Below, in pieces: positions 49,051-61,549 of a stretch of 64,000 nucleotides of DNA. The stretch spans positions 16,494,001-16,558,000 of the forward strand of contig CM052817.1 in the NCBI GenBank assembly GCA_028534125.1. Direction: 5' to 3'. The DNA is from Lama glama (Eukaryota). A model generated the notes under the pieces. That model did not search any database. It saw only the letters and a list, made by a program, of their open reading frames with translations, and was not told the DNA's origin. A program made the position numbers and the translations under genes. How positions within the stretch are numbered: position 1 is the stretch's first letter; each line of letters begins with the position of its first letter.

Positions 49051-49399
49051 TGGCATCTTTTTTGTTTTTGATTTTGTTTTTTTAAAAATTATTTATTTAT
49101 TTGTTTGTTTATTTATTTATTTATTTTTATTGAATGAAAGATTCTTTAAATTCTATAGCGCTTGATAATTTTCAAAAGTTTCACACAGATGATTTCATAT
49201 AATCCCATAATAACCCTCCCCCCAGCCCCCTTCTCCTCCCTCCTGGTAACTGTTTGTTCTCTGTATCTGTGAATCTGCTACTTATTTCGTTTTATTCACT
49301 AGTTAATTGTGTTCTTTTAGATTCCACATATAATCCAAGACTTTTCTACTTAATCAGAGGCAGATTCTGTTGTTTGAAACTAAGATTTTATCTGACAGA

Positions 49400-49885
49400 G
49401 TTCTTAATGGTGAATAACAGAAAAACCACTCCAGCTCGTTTTAGCAGAACATGAGTTGTTAGGGGGTAGGAGGCAAGCCCTAGAATCTCTCGGAGAGCCA
49501 GAGAGTTGTTGTGAAACCAGCAACTGGGCCCAGACCATGTCTGGGAACAGCTGTAGTCGTGACACCCTCTGCCACCATCATGGGGACGTCACTGGGCAGA
49601 TGCTGTACATGACTTCCAGGGCCACTGTCTCTGGAGACCAGAAGATTCTGCCACCCCCTTTGCCAGGGTGAATTCCATGTGGCAATGGCTTCACTGCATC
49701 TCCTCTTCTGAGTCAAGGTCCATTGTGTGGATGTTTGCTTAGAGGTCAAGTTAATGTCTGTGTCCTGGTTTTAAGAGATGCTGGGAAAACCAGTTTTTGG
49801 CTTCTGTCTTATGAAAGTGAAGATATTTTCAAAATATAGAAGGGGTTCTGAGTGGCCCAAAGTATGACAGATGTCTACTACAGAG
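49400..49885 (-). mobile_element. Old MaLR LTR (MLT1-like)
   Basis: aataacagaaaaaccactccagctcgttttagcagaa...gatgtctactaca. Confidence 0.5.
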
Positions 49886-50642
49886 TTTAACAGTGTATGT
49901 GAGGACCAAAACTAAGGGGAGGTGGGTAGAGGAGATGAAGAGGAAGAAAACATATTTGAGAAATAATGAGGTGGTAGAATCATTAAAAGCTCATAAAAGA
50001 TTGGGCGTGAGACATGAATAACAGGGAAGAATCAAGTGATTGGTCAAATATCTATGATTCTAAACAAAAGATGGCTACTTATTAAGTCAGTGGCTGATGA
50101 AGAATCCAGTTACCAAGTCCTAATACTCTTGTTGGGAGTAACTTTCCTGAAGAAAAGGACAGAACACAGAGTTCACCTGCTGTTTTTCAGCATCACCAAC
50201 CATCGTTATCAGACCTTTCGACAAGCCCAGCTTTAGTTTTATGGACGCTGCAAGCTAAGACCTTCAGAAACAGGCTAAGCCAGGCCTCCAAGACAAACAG
50301 GCAAACATGCCTGAAGTGTGTCTTTTCTCATGGTGTCATGACACCTTCTTTTCCCTTATATTTATCATGCTTATATCCCATCATCTTACAAAATGTATGT
50401 GGAAGATTTGTCATTAAAACATATCTACACACAGGGAGTAAACAAACACTAATGGAACAAAACCCCTTATCATTACAAGGATGAAGGAACAAGAGCTGAG
50501 GAATGAGTGCCAGGAGGGTCAGGACAACTTAGAAGTGGAAATCTAGATTAAAAAGGCTAATGAACTCAAGGCCAGAACTTTGCTGTGGTATGTCTAGCAC
50601 CAAGGGAGAGGAAGATGTGGACGGCTTGTGTACATGTGTTGC

Positions 50643-51341
50643 TATTATTGAACTGCAGATCCAACTGCTGACTGCTCAAAAGTCAGTAGAGGCAAGAATC
50701 AGTGGAAAGTAAAGTTGACTTTATTCTAGAGGCCAGCAACCAGGGGAGAAGTTGGACTTGTGTCCAAAGGCCAACTCCACAGTGCTGATCAGCAGGCAAG
50801 AACTTTTAAAGAGGAGTTTCAGGGGTAGATAGGCAGAGGAGGGGGCTGCAGGCAGAACAGCACAGTCAGCTCTGACCTTCACCTTGGAGTTAGTCATGCG
50901 GTGGTGCGATCGGCATCATCTTGATTGTTTTAAGTACAGTTAATCTTCAGTTCCAGGGTCAGTTTGTTCCCATTTCCTTGAGGCCAGTTCTGGGAATTGT
51001 GGCAGCTGATGTCATGGCCATAGTCTGGTCATCATGCAGTTAACTTCTTCCATCTGGTGGGGGTTTCAGGATCTACAAGACAGCTCAAAGGATATGGCTT
51101 AGAATATTATTTCTAGCCCTTAAGGAGGACCTAAAGGTCCTTGACTTTGTTTAATGACTAAACTATTATTATTTTGCTTTGCTTAACTATTTTGCTTTGT
51201 TTCTGTATTTTCCTATTTCTCTGATTAAACTTATTTTTTGACTAAAGCTTTTTTTACAGACAAGAGGCAGGTGGAGGACATGGCAGGGGGCCGGCAGGGT
51301 GTCTTTTCTGGGAAGGCCCCATAGGGTGCTGCCCTGTTTCA
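50643..51341 (-). mobile_element. ERV1-class solo LTR (artiodactyl type)
   Basis: About 700 bp; reverse strand starts tgaaacaggg; reverse AATAAA (ctttattc ~50720); near-perfect 4-bp TSD ttgc/ttgt. Confidence 0.75.
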
Positions 51342-51342
51342 T

Positions 51343-51712
51343 TGTTATGGACTAATTGTGCCCCCTCCCCATTCGTCTGTTGAAGCCTTAACCCCCAACA
51401 TGGTGTATTTGGAGTGAGACCTTTACAGGAGTAATTAAGGTTAAATGAGGTCATAAGGGGAGGGCTGTGACCTGACAGGATTAGTGTCTTCATAAGGAAA
51501 GATACGACAGAGCTGTGTCTCTCTCCATCATGTGAGGACAAACAGTGAGAAGGTACCACCCTCACGCCAGGACGAGAGGTCTCCCCGAAACTGACCAAGC
51601 TGGCACCCTGATCTCAGACTTCCAGCCTCCACGACTATGAGACATAAAATGCTGTTGTTTGAGCCACCCAGTTGGTGGTATTTTCTTATGGCTGTCTGGT
51701 CTGACTAAGACA
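51343..51712 (+). mobile_element. MaLR solo LTR (MLT1A/B-like)
   Basis: tgttatggactaattgtg...aattaaggttaaatgaggtcata...gacttccagcctcc...gactaagaca. Confidence 0.85.
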
Positions 51713-53929
51713 GAGGTGCTGAACGTCTGGTTATCAAGACAGAAAGCAAACTCTTTTCCCACTTCTGAACTCTGAGAGTAACCCAGCCTGCAGGTTGCTT
51801 AGATAAGAGACATCCAACAATATATTAAAATTTGATAGTGGTTTCTCAAAACACGTGAAGATGGCCTTAAACGATTCCTGATGAAATAGCTGATGCCCGG
51901 AAGTTCAATTACAGTTCGTTGAAGAGATCTGGGGGATGAAGTCCTGTAATACAGGTTCTGAGCTTCCTAGTGGTGGGATTTGATAAGGGGTGTGCAGCCA
52001 TCAGTTGGCAGCGGGAGTTCCCGTTAGCATCCAGGAGCTGGCATTACTTCCAGCCCATATTTTCTGGGTGGCAGCCCACAAGTTGGAACACCCTTGGGAG
52101 TATGGTGTGTATGTGTGTGAATTTCACATGTGCCAAATGACAGCAAAGAGATGAGCACAGCTTCAGAGGAATGTCTGATCAAGGTCACACAAGAGAAGAA
52201 AAAAAAACTTCAAGAGCCAGACAGGTGGGGTTGTGTGCAAAGTGGGCCCAGAAGGTGCACAGCTGGTCAAAAAAGGCAACTGAGTGTTTCAGAAGCCAAT
52301 AGAGACACTGCAAGAATATTCTGCATGTTAAAACCATCCAAGGGCAGAATCCATCCAGAGGACCCCAAGTTCTCAGGCCTTACAAACTACAGGACTGTTA
52401 CTCTCAGATTTCAACAATCCCATCCAAATCACAGCTAATGGTTCAAATGAAGATAGCTGATAACCTCCACGAAGCAATTCTTTAAACTAGTAATGACCGC
52501 AGCAGGGCATTATCACAAGAGTTTGGAGAATGGACTGCCTCACCACTGCTGCAGAATGCAGTGTTCTTTTTTCTTTTTCATTTCCTTGGGCGTGTTTTCC
52601 AACCGTGTGTCCTTCAGCCGGGTTTCTAAATGGGTTAACAACACCCTCCTTCGAAGTGCTTGGTCAGGATATTTGTCGCTTTTTTGCAGCCATGGAAAAT
52701 GCACACAGGGATTGAAAGGCCCAGTTCATGCAACATTGCTCAAAGGATTTGAGGATTCCATTACTGCACAAATCCTTTAATTAAAGTCAGTTCCTCCAGG
52801 CCCCTGTTGCCCGGGCCCAATCCACAGTGTCCCTGGCGACCTTGGGAGGGTTGATTAATTGACGAGTTGGCAGTGCAACCATTCCTTCAAAGATCCCAAG
52901 ATATATCTGCTAAAACGAAAAGTGCCCCCGGACACCGTATGGGCCTGAGTTTGCAGTGGCTCTTAAAATTTATCTGCAACTTCTCCCCTGTGTGACTAAT
53001 GCCTTCTGCCTTCTACTCAGTGGCTGTTTCGACCCATCACCCTTCCTCTCTGAGGCAAACAACTCTTCAGCAAGGAGATATTTTTGGAAACTCAAGAGGG
53101 CGTTTTTGCAATTTGGCAATAAGACGTTAACATTCTCCACTGGGCCCAAGTCACTGTTGATATCAAAGGAGCCAGATTTTTGAAAAATATCTCTGCCTTG
53201 GCTTTTCAGGGATTCAGCAATAAGCAATTATATCTGGAAGCACCAACATCTAGATTCTGCTTATCAGAAGAGTGAATTGAAGGGAAACTCGATAACACAG
53301 GAAAGTCAGGCAGGAGCATTTTCCCAAGGCAGCTCTTAAGGGTGACACTGAATGTTTCTTCTTTATAATTCTGGGTATTCTCCCTTTGTCTCTGTCAGTG
53401 CTATACGGATAAGGCTCTAGTCAAACTGAGTTCTGATTCCTCTTTTAGAAACCCACGAAACAAGAGAATTCAAGCAAAGGCAAACTCAGAAAATTGTCTA
53501 AAGGAGAGTGACTTCTGTAAAATTTGATCATCTGAGCACAGTGGTGGGTCTGGGCATGTGTCTTTGAGAGAAGACCCTTGAAAAAAGCTGTAGAATTGAA
53601 GGAGAACTTGGAGTTCCCAAGGCAATCCTGGAGCAAACAGTTAAGAAGGCGAAGCAGGGGAGGAGGAAGGAGGCAGAGGGCTGTTCAGTTGTGTTAGATC
53701 TCTTCTCTGTGAACCCCACCCCACCCCCATCTCCAGAAGACCCCACCAGCTCAGGTGCTCTTTTAAAAGCCACATATATTCCAGGGTCCCACGTGGCCCA
53801 GTCTCAGTTTGACGTCACAGACAAAGTAATGCAGTCTGCTAGCCAAAATGAATAGCTAATTCCAAATTTTACTTGAATGCCTGTAATCTCATACAAGGAC
53901 ATCCAGGTTAGTAAACCACACGAGCAGAG

Positions 53930-54170
53930 CTGAGAGCATGGAATCTGGGCCAGACAGCCAGAGTTTGAATTTTTGTCCTGCCGTTTACAAGTTGTGAGAT
54001 CTTTGGGGAATCACTTAACCTCTGTGTGTCCTCACCTGTAAGTTGAGGATGATTATGGTACCTACTTATTAGGATGGAGATGAGAATGAAATGAGTTAAT
54101 ATTTGTCAAACCCTCAAAACAGTACCTGATACATAGGAAAAGCTACATCCATGTTTGTTAAGTAAATAAC
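53930..54170 (+). mobile_element. MIR SINE
   Basis: tcacttaacctctgtgtg...gtacctactt...aaatgagttaatatttgt. Confidence 0.8.
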
Positions 54171-56639
54171 ATTTTAGGACCCACTTTCTGTTAACACTCA
54201 ACCCAAAAGGGTATTTCTAGTTTTCCTCTATCATTTCTTTTCATTACTTTTCTACTATTTTCTTTTACTCCCTCTCTTGGAGAAAAAGCACCACATTTTC
54301 TGATGCAATCTTCACCTTTTGATCCTCCATCTCTCCCTGACCCAGATCTGCCTACTTGGGGCCAAAAAGGGGGTTGGAGAGAATAAGACAGAAAAATGCA
54401 GAGTAAAATCCCATCAGAATTTGAGAGGATAAGAGGGTGGGAGAAGTGCCATGAATTTGCCTTTTTGGATAATACATTTCTCTTATAGCTGACGTGAGTA
54501 ACCACAGAGAACTTGAGGAGGGTGCTGAGTTTCATTTTACCCCAGGCAGCTGATTGGAGGCAGCCTGAGAAGATATGGAACCTGAAGGCAACCTCAAGAA
54601 CCTAAGATCACCTAGGAAGTCACAGAATCCTTGGCAACTTTTGCCTTGCACAGGTTCTGGCAATGCAGGAAGTGTGATCAAATTTCTTCAACATCTTGGG
54701 AGGCAGGAAATGTGAAATGCTATCAGTATATGAAAAAATGCAGAAATGGGTTTCTTTTAAAGGGAGATAAACATTTATCAGAATTCTAATAATAAGAGAG
54801 AGATAGATGGCTAGTGTTCAAGGTCTTAATCTATTGTACAGGAAGAAGGACCTTTATTAGGTTAAATAATAAGTATATAAAATATATTTGGTATACGTAA
54901 GATGCTACATCTTATACGTACCTACATATATTCATGCTTATACATAAAGAGCCATATGCTTGTGTGTGTGGAAATAAATATATTCAATAAGTAGAATGTG
55001 AAAAATATGTCTGGTTAGTAAGATATACGAGCACTATGGTGAAAATATGTAAGACTCAACAATCTGGTAACCACAAGAGAAAGTGAGTGCAGGACGCAGC
55101 TGGGGACTGGCCATGTGGGTTAGTGGTCTCAGCAAAGAATGGATGGTACCAGCTTCTCTCCTAGTTACCCTGGATATTGTCCTCCTCTGCTTATGCTCCT
55201 GATATTATAATGAGTAAAATCACATGCAAATAAAGTGAAAAGGGCGGATACTGTGAGTAAGTGTAGGGGATGGAATTTTACACCAACTTTGTCATTCTTC
55301 CACTGTTTCATTAAATATGCTCCCTGGGGAAGAGGAGGTTCCTTCCTTTGCTAGTGGGTAGAGCCTCAGCCTGGTCCTATGAGCTCATCAGTCACTCTTA
55401 CGTGATAAGACAGTCTTTGGTCCCTTTTAGTCATAAACACTATCAATTTTAGTCATTTAAAAATGCTTAGTCCCCATAAAGGTAATGATGGCTTTCACTT
55501 CTTCAGGTATGGAAATTGAAATTTGGAGAGAATTATAGGCTGGATAAAGGTCCCAGATGTAGACAGTGGGGAAGTCAGGATTCAAACGCATGACCCACGT
55601 CTGCATCACTTTGCAGATTACGCTTTCTTCTCTCCACTGTGTGCGTCCAAAGAGACCCTCATCCTCTCTCCTTTCTTTCAAACCTGTTGTATCTACCTGT
55701 CGAGCAAGTGATCAGTGAAGAGTTGAAAACTAGCTGCATCCCAATCTCTTAGTATGTCCTGCATAGGTTGTTCTAGAGGCAGAACTCATGGAGTAGCATT
55801 TACCATTCTGTCCAGCTAGGAAAAGAGGGGAACGGGTTTACAAGCAGATTCCTTTACCCATGGACCATGAATGATCCTCCTAGTGGGAAGATAAGTCTAT
55901 CTTTTTTTTTCAGATTTTCTTTGGTGTCACTTTGTAAATTATCTTTGGGAAAATAATATGCTCATTTTAAATGTAAAAATATTTTTAATGTGTGGTTTCA
56001 CTGCAAATGAATGTAGCATGAGAAAGATGTTACTGTCCATGCTACATGCTTGATAATAGACACATTAGCGATAACATCGACTTCCCGTTGGGAAGCGGAG
56101 TGTCCCACTGGTAAGAATGGATCACAATAACCACACCATTGTGAGTGTGTACTCCTGCCTTTCTTACATCAAGTCTAGCCTAAATTGGAAAATATCAATG
56201 AAAAGAAGTGATGTCCACATTTACATATATTCTTTGTTTTGATTTTTATCAGTGAACATGATAAGGACTCCCACCTCCCATTCCCCTCAAAAAGCTACAG
56301 TACCCATTGTGTGGCAAAATTAAGTCTGTCCACCCTGAAAATACATTGGACAATGCAGATATTTTTTATGAGAAGTCTTGATTTTTAAAAGGCTGGATCT
56401 ATGCTTAAACTTGTACAGTCTTGGCACAAAATTCTTTTGTTGAAACGTCTTCCACAATTGTTTATTCACCTTTCAAGTAAAAGAAGTCATATATAGTTAG
56501 AGAAATTTGGGGGAGTCCTTGCTCTGTGGATTTGACCTAGTTTATTTGGGACTTGGAGCAGATAAAGAAAATTGAAGCAATACCTCTGACAAATGACAAC
56601 ACTTCTCTGGAATTGTTGACATTTCTTTTGATACAGTGT

Positions 56640-56845
56640 CCTATGTGGATGTGTTGTGTGGAGCTGCTGCAGCCATTTTGTGACCAAGAGGGGGAGGCTA
56701 AGAGAACTGTAGAGAAGTTGACCCAGAATTCTGACATTGTTGAGCTGCTGAACTAACATTGAAACTCCCTATCTTCAGATTACCTGGTAAAAAATACATT
56801 CTTAGAATTTAAACCATTTTAGCTAGATATTTTGTTAATGACTCT
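56640..56845 (+). mobile_element. MLT1J-like LTR fragment
   Basis: ggagctgctgcagccattttgtgacca...tgacattgttgagctgctgaac. Confidence 0.6.
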
Positions 56846-57409
56846 CCAAAATTGGGATCTATGATTCAAACCTTGTCTTGGAGAATGCTGTTGCTCCTTG
56901 GCACAGATCTTCTCTCACTTGGCGAAAAGCTTCAGGAGCACTTATTCTTTTGTGAATCAGCATTTAATATTTTCCAAAGGAAAAATGAAACCAATCAGAT
57001 ATTAAAGATGACACACTGACCATGTCAAACTATATATTACAGTCTCAACTTCTGTTTCAAGACTAACATCATTTTTAAAGTAGAAATTACTTTTGAACAG
57101 ATCTAAGATTCACTCTTATTTTATTGCTCTTATTTTCCTTCTTGGAATTAATCAATAATCAAAAGTGGGAGATATGATTTTTTAAAGATTGAACACAGAT
57201 GAAGTAAATACCTTTCTATGGCAATAAGAACATTGCATGTAATTTTTTTCCCACTTATATTTTATGAGCATTTTTTTCTTGGGGAGGGATCCTATATCTT
57301 TCTTCAGATCTTCCTATGAGGCTGGAACAGAAAAACAGTTCTCTTGAGTGGATATGACAGGATGGACCATATTTAAAGCCTGAAGTTTTGTTAGCTTTCC
57401 ACCTACTTT

Positions 57410-57830
57410 TTATTACAGATGGCTATTGGCTTGGTCCAAGTTCCTATACAATAGTCTATTCCTACACCTTCAGTCCATGCCACCGTAACATGATACATCC
57501 CCATCCTGTTGATTTCAAGTGTGGCCCCATGATTTGCTTTAGTCAGTGAAATGTGAATGGAATTACTGTGCATCACTTCCAGGCAGAAACTTTAAGAGCC
57601 AGCATATGATTCATCATGTTCCCTTTCTTTCCCTCTGTGATCCTGGAGCCATGTAACAAGATGGCGCAACTGTCAGGGTTTTGTTAGGCTTGTGAGTGGC
57701 TCTGGCAAGAAGAGCTCCCTTGTCAACCCATGATGGACGTGTGGCGTGAGTGAGAAATGAACTCAACTGTTTTCAGCTGCTGAGATTTTTGGGTTGTTAC
57801 TGCAGCGTGACCTAGCCTATCCTGATGGGT
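57410..57830 (+). mobile_element. MaLR LTR (MLT1I/J-like)
   Basis: catgatttgctttagtcagtgaaatgtga...cacttccaggcagaaactttaagagccag...ttgttactgcagcgtgacctagcctatcctga. Confidence 0.75.
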
Positions 57831-58745
57831 CCAGGGTCCATTTCAATCCTTCCTGCTTTATCCCTTCATACTAATGACCCCAAACATAGAACCAAGGAAA
57901 GGAAGGAATTATACTTACAGAGTGCCTTCTAAGTGTCCAGGGTAATGCCAGGTGTTATTCCGAAGCCCCTTTATTTCAACTGCTCAAACAGCCCAGTGAT
58001 ATGGGCAGGGACTCCCAGCTTCATCATAGGGTTTGGGAGACTAAAGCCTGGAGAAGGTTAAGCGCCCAGTGCTGGGACCCTCAGTTACCACTGCAAAGCT
58101 CTCACTCGTTCCACTGCAGCAAGTGTCTCTCACTGAAACGCTGGCTAAGGTCATTCTAGGAGAGATGCTTTTGGATCTTAAAAAAAAATAACCTTTACTA
58201 ATGACCTGGTAATTGTTTTTATAGCTTCCCAATGAAGTGTGAAGTGTTCTCAGAGACAACACAGAACAATTTCCTTTGATGGTGAAGTTTTCCAAAGGAT
58301 GATTGCCTCACTCTTCTGGACCCCTGGTGCCCTGACTTCAGAGTGATATTGAACGGACGCTGAGCAGCAGGCTTGAGAACTTTGGAAAAGCTGCCAAGGT
58401 TGGGAGGAATGTTGGCTCAGCCTTGCCTATATTTTAAAGCAGTAATCCTGTCTTTCTTTTTCAAAAATGGTCACATAATAACGTATGAACAAATAATAAA
58501 TAGCTGGCATTTGTTAAGCACTTACCACGACTGGGCTCAGCACTGAAAGTCACCACCCTCTCCAACCAAAGCCCAGTTTGATGGCTGGCACATGGTGAGG
58601 GCTCCATAAATATCTCTATAATGAATGAATTATCCCAACAAACACTTGCTGGACCTGCTGCTTAGAGCCCTGCTCGAATGCGATGACATGCTTTCTGCTC
58701 AAATGCTTGAGTTCTGCTCAAATGCACTGAAAAGTTATTGAGAAA

Positions 58746-58888
58746 GGGGGAGGGTATTGCTCAGTGGTAGAGCACGTGCTTAGCGTGCACGAAGTCCTGG
58801 GTTCTATCCCCAGGACCTCCATTAAAAATAAATAAATAAAACCCTAATTGCCTCCCCCCCAAAGAAAATTTTAAAGAAAAAATTTTTT
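58746..58888 (+). mobile_element. tRNA-Ala-derived camelid SINE (vic-1 type)
   Basis: gggtattgctcagtggtagagcacgtgcttagcgtgcacgaagtcctgggttctatccccaggacctcca plus tail; TSD aaagttattga at 58731-58741 and 58889-58899. Confidence 0.92.
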
Positions 58889-59650
58889 AAAGTTATTGAA
58901 GGAGGGAACAAAAAGTTACTATTTGGACAACTTGGTTGCTGAATTCACACCCAAAAGCTATTCTAAATCCCAAGAAAGTGAAAAAGTCAATTTTAATTGA
59001 AAACATTAATGATGATGCCAGCTCATGTTACAGTCAGGTCAAACTTATGGCCTAGGAGAGTTGCCCTTTATTTGCTTTGGTAAAAATAACTGGACCCCAT
59101 CTATCCAGAGCATTGGGTCCTGGTAGGTTAATGCCTTATTAAGATTAGGGTTCTTGATACTTTACTTACAAAGCCCCTCCCGCTGGTTGCCTCATTTTAT
59201 TTTCACGATTTCCCCATGCAGGAGGCAGAGCAGATGTATTTATTATGAGTGGCAGCCGAGGAAGCTTAGAGACACTTAGTGAACTACCTGAAAGCCACAC
59301 ACATACAGGGCAGAGGGGCTAGAACCTGGGACGCCAGCTCAGAGCAAGGCCATCTGTGAGCACGGAGTACATTGAGTCACACGGGGCACCTTCCTTCTTC
59401 TCGACTTCTCAGAGGTCCTGGGAGTGGGGGCTAAGCAGGTGATTGTTTGTCGTACCTTCTATGTTGGCGTGCCTTTATAAATGGTGTGTTGTTGATCTAA
59501 GGTTTACTCCATGTTCGCTGCTTGGTCAGGTACAATTTTCCCTGAAATAAGAGATAACATACTTATGATGGTTAATTTGATGTGGCAACTTGGCTAGGCT
59601 ATGGTGCCCAGTTGTTTGGTCAAATGCCAGTCTACGTGTTGCTGTGAAGA

Positions 59651-59742
59651 TTTTTTTTTAAATGGAGGTACTGGGGATTGAACCCAGGACCTCCTGCATG
59701 CTAAGCATGTGCTCTACCACTGAGCTATATCCCCCAGCCCCC
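59651..59742 (-). mobile_element. Short tRNA-Ala(AGC)-derived SINE copy
   Basis: 59734->59663 is a 72-nt tRNA-Ala-like head followed almost directly by poly-A; flanked by aagat-tttt / aagatatttt. Confidence 0.9.
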
Positions 59743-59930
59743 AAGATATTTTTTTTTAAAAGATGTGATTAACATTTAAATCAGTAGAGTCTGAATAAAG
59801 CAGGCTACCTTTTGTAATGTGGGTGGACCTCAGCCAATCAGTTCAAGGCTGTAAGCGGAAAAAGGTCAAGGTCCCTGAAGAAGAAGGAATTCTGCCTCCT
59901 GACTCCCTTTGGACTCAAGACTGCAACATT

Positions 59931-60255
59931 GGGGGTGGGAAGGGATAAATCGGGAGTTCTAGATTTGCAGATACTAACTAATATACATAAAATAGATAAA
60001 CAACAAGTTCATACTGTATAGCACAGGGAACTATAGTCAATATCTTGCAGTAACTTATGGTGAAAAAGAATATGAAAACAAATATATGTATGTTCCTATG
60101 TGACTGAAAAATTGTGCTGTAGACCAGAAACTGACACAACATTGTAAACTGACTCTACTGCAATAAAAATCTATTTTAAAAAAGTACATGCGAGAGGAAA
60201 GAAGAAGTAAAATAATGACATGTTAATAACCCCCCCCCAAAAAAAAAGAAAAAAA
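59931..60255 (+). mobile_element. Short LINE-1 3' end with extra 3' sequence
   Basis: agatttgcagatac...ctgtatagcacagggaactat...caacattgtaaactgact...caataaa; TSD aagactgcaacatt 59917-59930 vs aggactataacatt 60256-60269 (11/14). Confidence 0.88.
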
Positions 60256-60883
60256 AGGACTATAACATTAACTCCTGCACAAATTTCCAGCCTGATAGCC
60301 AGCCCTGCAAATTTTGGACTTGCAAGTCCCTACAATTGTATGAGTCAATTGCGTAAAATTCACTCGCCTCTCTCTCTCTCCGCCCCTACACACAGAATCT
60401 GTATATGAACATGTTTACATCCTATTGGTTCTGTTCCCTGGAGAGCCCTGACTAATACGAAACCTTATCTCAGTGGCAATGAGAAGAGCTCCTACCTGCC
60501 AAGCGCCTACTCCCTTCTTTTCTTGAACCATCTCGTGTAGCCTTCATAACGACTCCAAGTGGTCAGCATTTCCTCCCCTCCCACTCCTTACCAACGAAGA
60601 GAACAAAGTAAGTTGAAATAATTCACCCAAGGTCAGAAAGCTAGAAAGTGGCAGAGAATGGAGCCAGCTTTCCAGTCCCAGGCACTCACACAAATATTTC
60701 TGGATTAGTCAGGCAATTCATTTTCTAAGGCAGTCGAAGAATGAATCATGGCAAAAATTAGGCAGCTGGCTCTGTTTTTCAGGTGTGATGTTTTATTTGT
60801 TGGGCAATAGCAGTCCACTTGTCAAGTATTATTTGAGTAGACATAGTATAACACCTTGAACTTGAAGAAGGAGGAAACCTTAC

Positions 60884-61115
60884 TGTTTAGTGCATTTGCA
60901 AATTCATTACAGAGAGGATGCCACAACCTGTCACCCAGCAACTCTAAAACCAAGTTCCATTCATGTGACAGAAGACAAAAGCCTCTGCCTTTCAGTTGGG
61001 TTCTGCGTTTGGAGATGTTTGGGACTCGAGGTGATGCAGGAGAGGAGAGCAGTGATAAACGATTCTGAAGTCTGTGCTTTCTCTTTGCACGCAACTCGGC
61101 CCCCAGGAGCATAAG
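60884..61115 (-). other. Candidate 232-nt exon
   Basis: Acceptor tctcttttttatctctctggaacatcag|C; donor ACA|gtaagg; one frame open throughout. Confidence 0.3.
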
Positions 61116-61549
61116 CTGATGTTCCAGAGAGATAAAAAAGAGATAGCATTTGAGATGGCTGCCACCTGTCCCTGTGTGGTATGTGCACCCTCGGTGCCAT
61201 TTATTTCACCTGTCATATGGCCGTAAATATGTAAAACCTCGGGACAATCAGTTCTCCATCTTTCTCTGGGAAACTTGATGTGAGCTTTGGAGGTTGGGGA
61301 AAAAAAAATACAGGGATCCTCCTTCTCAGGAGCTTATTTTTAGCTCCTATCTCCTCTGCAGAATGGCTAACGCCAACTCGAACTATTTCTGAAAAGAGTT
61401 GCTGGGGACAAAGTGGAGAAGTGGGTAGGCCTCCTCGAGCCAGGCTCTCAGAAGCAGGTGAGATGCAAGATAAAGCAATCGCTTTGCAGCCACCTTTGAC
61501 GTAAGTGCTGGAGATTTCTTCAATTAGCTTAATCCTTCCCTCCTGACAC

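Larger units (their letters stand above)
59564..60459 (+). mobile_element. MLT2 (ERVL) solo LTR carrying two nested insertions
   Basis: atggttaatttgatgtggcaacttggctagg...; end catcctattggttctgttccctggagagccctgactaatac. Confidence 0.85.

Noticed and set aside
54894..54920. Small hairpin tacgtaagatg/catcttatacgta
   Set aside because: Short, AT-rich and within low-complexity sequence
58693..58725. Short tandem duplications (ttctgctcaaatgc x2; also 31975-32002 and 41203-41240)
   Set aside because: Ordinary slippage duplications with no array or spacer structure
58746..58822. tRNA-Ala gene (also 15181-15257 and 32636-32712)
   Set aside because: SINE tail, poly-A, TSD and stem mismatches identify these as SINE copies
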